Shown here: one piece after another, positions 59,423-64,000 of the stretch
Numbering within the stretch: position 1 is the first letter of the stretch
Layout of the letters: every line of letters starts with the position of its first letter
Sequence record: NC_048668.1
DNA: 64,000 nucleotides
Reading direction: 5' to 3' (one strand)
The notes under the pieces: model-generated
Database searches by the model: none
What the model was told of the DNA's origin: nothing
What the model saw: only the letters and a program-made list of their open reading frames with translations
Program-made: the position numbers and the translations under genes

Positions 59423-60776
59423 ATGTCTACGAACGTTGAAGTAGTTAAGTACCCGTATGACCCGACAGGTAATGCGATTACTAACCGTATCATCAATGAA
59501 CGCCGTACCGTTGGTCGTGAATACAACCGTGCATTAGCTCCATATGCCGGGCCGTACTATTCTGACTCAATGGTGGTGACTGATGCAATCACTGCCAAAG
59601 TTCTGGTTCGGGATTACGACTATAAGTTGCTTTATCCTGAGCAAGAGGCTGAGCTCCGTATCGGTAAGCCTGTATGTACCATGGTTCAGATCCTCAACCT
59701 GGATCACACCGACGTTAACCTGACGTATCAAGTTGTCGGTGGCCCGTACAGTACTTCCGTTAACGTGATTGGTAAACTCCTTAATGAGATTCAGCAGGAC
59801 AACCGCCCAGTTCGCTGGGATGACATCCTGGGGAAACCAACTGAGTTCAACCCATCAAAACACCTGACCTCTGCAACCGACCTTTACGGTTTGGAATACG
59901 TGGTCATGTCGTTGGAAGATATCGTCCAGGCTATCTACCAAGGTGACGTCAGCTCCCACGATGTACTTTACGATTACATTGAGCGAATCAAAAAGTATTT
60001 GGACGACAACCTGAATGACCTCCACAACATGGACAATGAGTTGGCTGCTCGTATTGAAGCCGTCAACGTCCGTGTCGATTCGACTAACCTCGATCTGAAG
60101 GCATTAGGTGATCGTACCGATAAACACATCGGGGATAAAGATAACCCGCACAATACCACCAAAGCACAAGTCGGTCTGGGGGCAGTGGAGAACTACCGTC
60201 CTGCGACTCAACCTGAAGCTGAGGCAGGTACTGCTAACGAAGTGGTCATGACAGCTCTGCGCACTTGGCAGGCGATCACTAAGTTTAACACCCTGAACAT
60301 CGATCCTAAAATCAGTAGTCACATCGCTAACCGAAACAACCCACACGGTGTAACTGCCGCACAAGTTGGTTTAGGTTGCAGTGGCTAACGTTCGTCAGGT
60401 TCAACAGGGCGGCGGTGTTAACATGCTGAATAACACGGTGCAGATCGGTTGGTCAGCTGGCGGTTTGATTGCTCAAGTTGATAGTACTCAATTGGGGCGC
60501 ATCTATACCTCAAATAACCCCGATCCAGCAGTCGCATCTCACGCTAACCGTCGCGATAACCCACATGGAGTTACGGCAGCCCAAGTTGGTTTAGGGAACG
60601 TTCCTAACTGGGGTGCAGCGAACGAAGGGACAGCAGCGGCCGGGTGGAGCAATAACACCTTTGCTTCCCCTCTATCCATTCGTCGTTTCCACGAAGCCCA
60701 ACGCACCATCAGTTGGAACGGTCCTGGTTCGACTAACGGATTTAGCGGCGACCATATCTGGTACCAGTTAGGTTAA
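59423..60776 (+). CDS. Second tail fibre protein, about 450 aa, split by a probable extra T at 60376-60377
   Basis: Paralogous N-terminus YPYDPTGNAITNRIINE; three NPH repeats; QQGGG..NTVQIGW..QVDST module; removing one T gives QVGLGAVANVRQ. Confidence 0.75.
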
Positions 60777-60787
60777 GCGAGGTAATC

Positions 60788-61315
60788 GTGCTTTACGTTA
60801 ACTCAGGGGGCGCTTGGCGTCCCTGTAATAGAGCATACGTTAACAGTGGTGGTGCTTGGCGAAACGTCAAACAGATCTACACTAACACCAACGGTAAGTG
60901 GTGGCCTGTCTGGGATAAAGCCAATGCTCAGATGCCTATCTACAACCAAACCGTAATGGCTTGGGGTCGTGGTGGCGGGATGCCAGGGACTGTTTGGGGG
61001 AGTACTGTTTGCTACGCGGATTGGTGGCTGGAGATTTACCGCCCCATTATTGGGATTGTATTCTCCTTCAACATTTCTAAGTGGCAAGGTTCTCTCCATG
61101 GTTCGGGTGGTAACTTTGGCATTGGGGAGAGCGATCCGGGAGTTCAATGGAAAGCGGATGACCGCACTGGTGAACAACAATCTCCGGTAATGGGTTGTAA
61201 CGTACAGCCAGGTCACGTGCTCCGTCTGTGGAACTACGGTAACTCTAACCAAGGTGACGGTAAGACGTATAGTTGGCTTCGGTTAGACCGAGTCATCTAC
61301 GGAGATCCGCCGTAA
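60788..61315 (+). CDS. Putative tail-fibre tip adhesin (175 aa, Gly/Trp-rich)
   Basis: YVNSGGAWR duplicated plus YTNTNGKWW N-terminal repeats; GRGGG and GSGG loops; directly after the fibre gene. Confidence 0.6.
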   Translation: MLYVNSGGAWRPCNRAYVNSGGAWRNVKQIYTNTNGKWWPVWDKANAQMPIYNQTVMAWGRGGGMPGTVWGSTVCYADWWLEIYRPIIGIVFSFNISKWQGSLHGSGGNFGIGESDPGVQWKADDRTGEQQSPVMGCNVQPGHVLRLWNYGNSNQGDGKTYSWLRLDRVIYGDPP

Positions 61316-61322
61316 AAAGAAA

Positions 61323-61354
61323 ATAGCGGAGAGGGCGTTTGCCCTCTCCCTATG
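61323..61354. terminator. Bidirectional terminator hairpin
   Basis: ATAGCGGAGAGGGC-GTTT-GCCCTCTCCCTAT between convergent genes. Confidence 0.8.
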
Positions 61355-61367
61355 TTTGCATTATCGC

Positions 61368-62351
61368 TTAGGTACAGAAGTAACCAGATTCGCCGGATCC
61401 GGTCTGGACGCCCTTATGTCCGTGGTACCGGAGTGTAATTCCGCCAGTGCTGGTTTCGAAGTCTTCGGCTTTCACTACCTTCTCAACTTCCAGTGGCCCT
61501 TTCATCTTAGCTGTGAAGTCTCCGCTACTTGACTTCTCTTGGATAATGGGTCCATTGAGCGCAATCAGTCCGTTGAGGGAAATCTTGGTTGCGGTAAAGT
61601 CAGCGTCATTAGCAACATTAAACTTAAGGCTATCAGCTGCCTCTAGATTAAAGTTGTTGCAAGAGATGTAGATATTACCGCCAGCAACAATACCGATATC
61701 TTCCTCAGCATTCATTAGGAGATCTTTCTCTTTAATCTCAACTAACGTACCATCGGAGTTTACCATCCGTACTCGTTTCTCACGAGTATTCAGGTAGAGT
61801 TCTTGTCCCTGGTCATCGCCGATACTGATGAGTCCGTTACCGCCACTAATGTTAACATGATACTTAGCCACCTCTCCGTTAGCCTGTGACGTTGAGATAG
61901 TAATGCCCTTACCGTGTCCACTGATTTCCAGCATGTAATGAGTGTCGGGGTTAGGTGCTTCTCCGTTAGCGCTCAGGTTACCCGACACCATCAGTCGTTT
62001 AGTTTCACCACGACGAAGATTAATCTGGTCACCACGTTCACGCCAGTAATATTTATTCTGGTCAGCATAACGGATTAATTCAACAACCTCACCACGTTGT
62101 ACATCGGGTGCAGTTGTCCAGCTACTATCGGTTCCTCGCCACTCTGCTTCAATGACAGTATCTGTAAATGTTTTTACGTGAACGGGATTACCCCTACTGT
62201 CTTTACCTTCTATCTCCAGAGTCTGTGGATTAGAACGAATAGCACCTTGCATCCAGGGTGCGATCTCTACAGGCCACACCATGATGTTATTCGTTGTCAA
62301 TGGTTTGTTCTCAGCAACGATACCGAAGAACTTAGATGCGATATCACTCAT
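61368..62351 (-). CDS. Baseplate central spike (gpV/gp5-like OB fold plus beta-helix)
   Basis: APDVQRGEVV..YW OB-fold segment; short beta repeats; C-terminal YHGHKGVQTG HxH apex. Confidence 0.7.
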   Translation of the reverse strand: MSDIASKFFGIVAENKPLTTNNIMVWPVEIAPWMQGAIRSNPQTLEIEGKDSRGNPVHVKTFTDTVIEAEWRGTDSSWTTAPDVQRGEVVELIRYADQNKYYWRERGDQINLRRGETKRLMVSGNLSANGEAPNPDTHYMLEISGHGKGITISTSQANGEVAKYHVNISGGNGLISIGDDQGQELYLNTREKRVRMVNSDGTLVEIKEKDLLMNAEEDIGIVAGGNIYISCNNFNLEAADSLKFNVANDADFTATKISLNGLIALNGPIIQEKSSSGDFTAKMKGPLEVEKVVKAEDFETSTGGITLRYHGHKGVQTGSGESGYFCT

Positions 62352-62412
62352 GGTTTATTTCTACGCTCGATTGAATTAGGTTGAAGACAATAGTTTAAAC
62401 TGAGGAACTCTC

Positions 62413-64000
62413 GTGCTTAAATTGTTAGAAGTATCGATTAGTCATAACAAACGCTTTAAGTCTGGCTTGATCGATCAAATCGTCTACACCCCCGAATCAT
62501 CTTACCAGGTGATCGTTGGGCCGAATGGGGCAGGTAAGTCAGCACTCCTGGAAGAATTGACATCATACCCTTCCCCTTCCGCTTCTTTCTACAAAAACGG
62601 GGAATCGCGTAGAAAATTACAACTTGACGGAGTCAACTACGAATGCGTTTCAGACTTCCGTTCAGGGAGTAAGCATGAGTTCTGGAAAGAAGGCGTAAAC
62701 CTTAATGAAGGCGGTACGCTAGTTGTTCAAAAGGATTTACTCGCCAAGCATTTGAACATCACTGAGCTGTCGCATCAGATAGCTACAGATAAGCTTGTCT
62801 TATCGTCCATGTCGCCAGCGAAGCGCCAAGAAGTCTTTAGTCAACTTATTAACCAAGACTTGACTCTAGCGTATAGCCTGTTTAATAAGGCACGTACCAA
62901 ACTCCGTGATGCCACCGGGGCAAAACGAATGTTGGAAGATTCACTGGTAAATAAGCAGACCATGAATCTCTCCGATGAAGAGTACGAAATGCTTCAGGTT
63001 CGTTTAGCTGAGTACCAAGGGAAGGTTACTGAGTTACTGACGGACTACAGCGAGCAGAATGGGACGTCGATGACAATTGACCAGATTATGGGTCAATGGA
63101 TGCGGTTTACTGAGGGCGATTTAAAGAACTGGGGGAAATACCTTCCAGATAGTCCCATAGACGCAGCAGATGAAGCTGTGTTCAATCAGAAGATGGAAAC
63201 GCTACGGTTATCGCTTAATCAGCTAAGAACGCAAGGAGCAGCGTTACAGGAAGAATATGACAACCTTGACGATACTGTTAAACGTTTAGGGGATAGCTCG
63301 GCGGAGAACGTTGAGAAACTCCAAGACGAAAGGGACTACCATCTCAAACGTATCGCTCGTTTAGAACACTCAGCCGACAACTACATGTTCCGTCCTGACA
63401 TCTATAGTCCTGAGATGAACTTTGGAGCAGCGAAGGAAGAACTCAAACGAGTCTTTACTCGTTGGTCTGATGCGCTCAGTTCCTTAACGCCCAACACGGA
63501 AGGTAAGTACACCAGAAACAATCTGGAAGAAATCCAACGTCGTATCCGTAACGGTAAAGAGTCGTATAACGCATTAGTCTTCCAGCGGCAACGTGCAGAA
63601 GAGCAGTTGGAACACTTCACTAAAGGCGAACAGATCCATTGCCCGCAGTGTAGTTACCAATGGACTCCTGGTACTAAGCCGGAAGATAAGCCTCGTTTAG
63701 TGGCTAAGATTAGTCAGTTGAACGAACAGATCGCTAAGGGTGACAAATACCTCTCAGAGCTCACTGCAACCGAGCAGGAGATCGTTGAGTGGAGTAACCT
63801 TTACCGTGAAGTTATCTCCTTGGAGAAAGGTTGTAGTGCAGCATCAGAGCTGTTTAATCAGATCCATCACGAGATTAACATTTCCGAGCAGCCCGTAATG
63901 GCTGTGGGCATGGCTCACAACCTGATTGAAGATTTGGAACGCTTTGTAGAAATCGAGAACTCCCGCAAGGTCATTCAGGAAACAGAAACTATCCTCCAGC
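62413..64000 (+). CDS. sbcC: SbcC/Rad50-like ATPase, N-terminal part (runs off right edge)
   Basis: GAGGA RBS and GTG at 62413; Walker A VGPNGAGKS; long coiled coil; CPQC zinc hook in frame at 63640-63651. Confidence 0.8.
   Translation, partial: MLKLLEVSISHNKRFKSGLIDQIVYTPESSYQVIVGPNGAGKSALLEELTSYPSPSASFYKNGESRRKLQLDGVNYECVSDFRSGSKHEFWKEGVNLNEGGTLVVQKDLLAKHLNITELSHQIATDKLVLSSMSPAKRQEVFSQLINQDLTLAYSLFNKARTKLRDATGAKRMLEDSLVNKQTMNLSDEEYEMLQVRLAEYQGKVTELLTDYSEQNGTSMTIDQIMGQWMRFTEGDLKNWGKYLPDSPIDAADEAVFNQKMETLRLSLNQLRTQGAALQEEYDNLDDTVKRLGDSSAENVEKLQDERDYHLKRIARLEHSADNYMFRPDIYSPEMNFGAAKEELKRVFTRWSDALSSLTPNTEGKYTRNNLEEIQRRIRNGKESYNALVFQRQRAEEQLEHFTKGEQIHCPQCSYQWTPGTKPEDKPRLVAKISQLNEQIAKGDKYLSELTATEQEIVEWSNLYREVISLEKGCSAASELFNQIHHEINISEQPVMAVGMAHNLIEDLERFVEIENSRKVIQETETILQ

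Noticed and set aside
375-60377. Programmed +1 frameshifting or pseudogenisation as the explanation for the split genes
   Set aside because: Sites share no slippery or stimulatory motif, the 12 pinned sites are all base duplications, and they hit essential single-copy genes; sequencing error is more parsimonious.
1-64000. tRNA, rRNA, introns, inteins, homing endonucleases, transposases
   Set aside because: Intergenic gaps are short and hold only hairpins; I saw no cloverleaf, intein (C...HN) or LAGLIDADG/HNH signatures; core genes have ordinary lengths.

Overview
This window is part of a phiKZ-like jumbo myophage genome (Chimalliviridae-type); codon usage and tail-fibre modules suggest an enterobacterial host. 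It covers most of the virion morphogenesis region: a virion RNAP beta'-like subunit (truncated at the left edge), the exonuclease/motif-A half of the split family-B DNA polymerase, inner-head protein genes including five tandem paralogues, baseplate genes, DnaB-like helicase, major capsid protein (MCP), a non-virion RNAP beta-like subunit, portal, RuvC, Tmk, embedded spanins, two tail fibres plus a tip adhesin, a central spike and SbcC (truncated at the right edge). At least 13 breaks in conserved genes need a +1 shift. Twelve can be traced to an extra base in a short homopolymer, most likely sequencing or assembly error. Two recoding signals do not fit that pattern. (1) A T-TTT-TTT slippery site at 3560-3566 would, by -1 frameshift, fuse the 581-aa Zn-finger-like protein to the downstream ORF, as in lambda G/GT tail-assembly chaperones. 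(2) The MCP UGA stop is followed in frame by 16 codons (TLAEAFEETLPGFDPA) carrying an L-x-G-[FL]-x-x-P peptide. That peptide also occurs 7x in a baseplate protein, 5x in another virion protein, and once each in two small virion proteins, which suggests a peptide-docking system for decorating the virion. phiKZ/SPN3US gene equivalences are from recalled synteny and motifs, not database searches.
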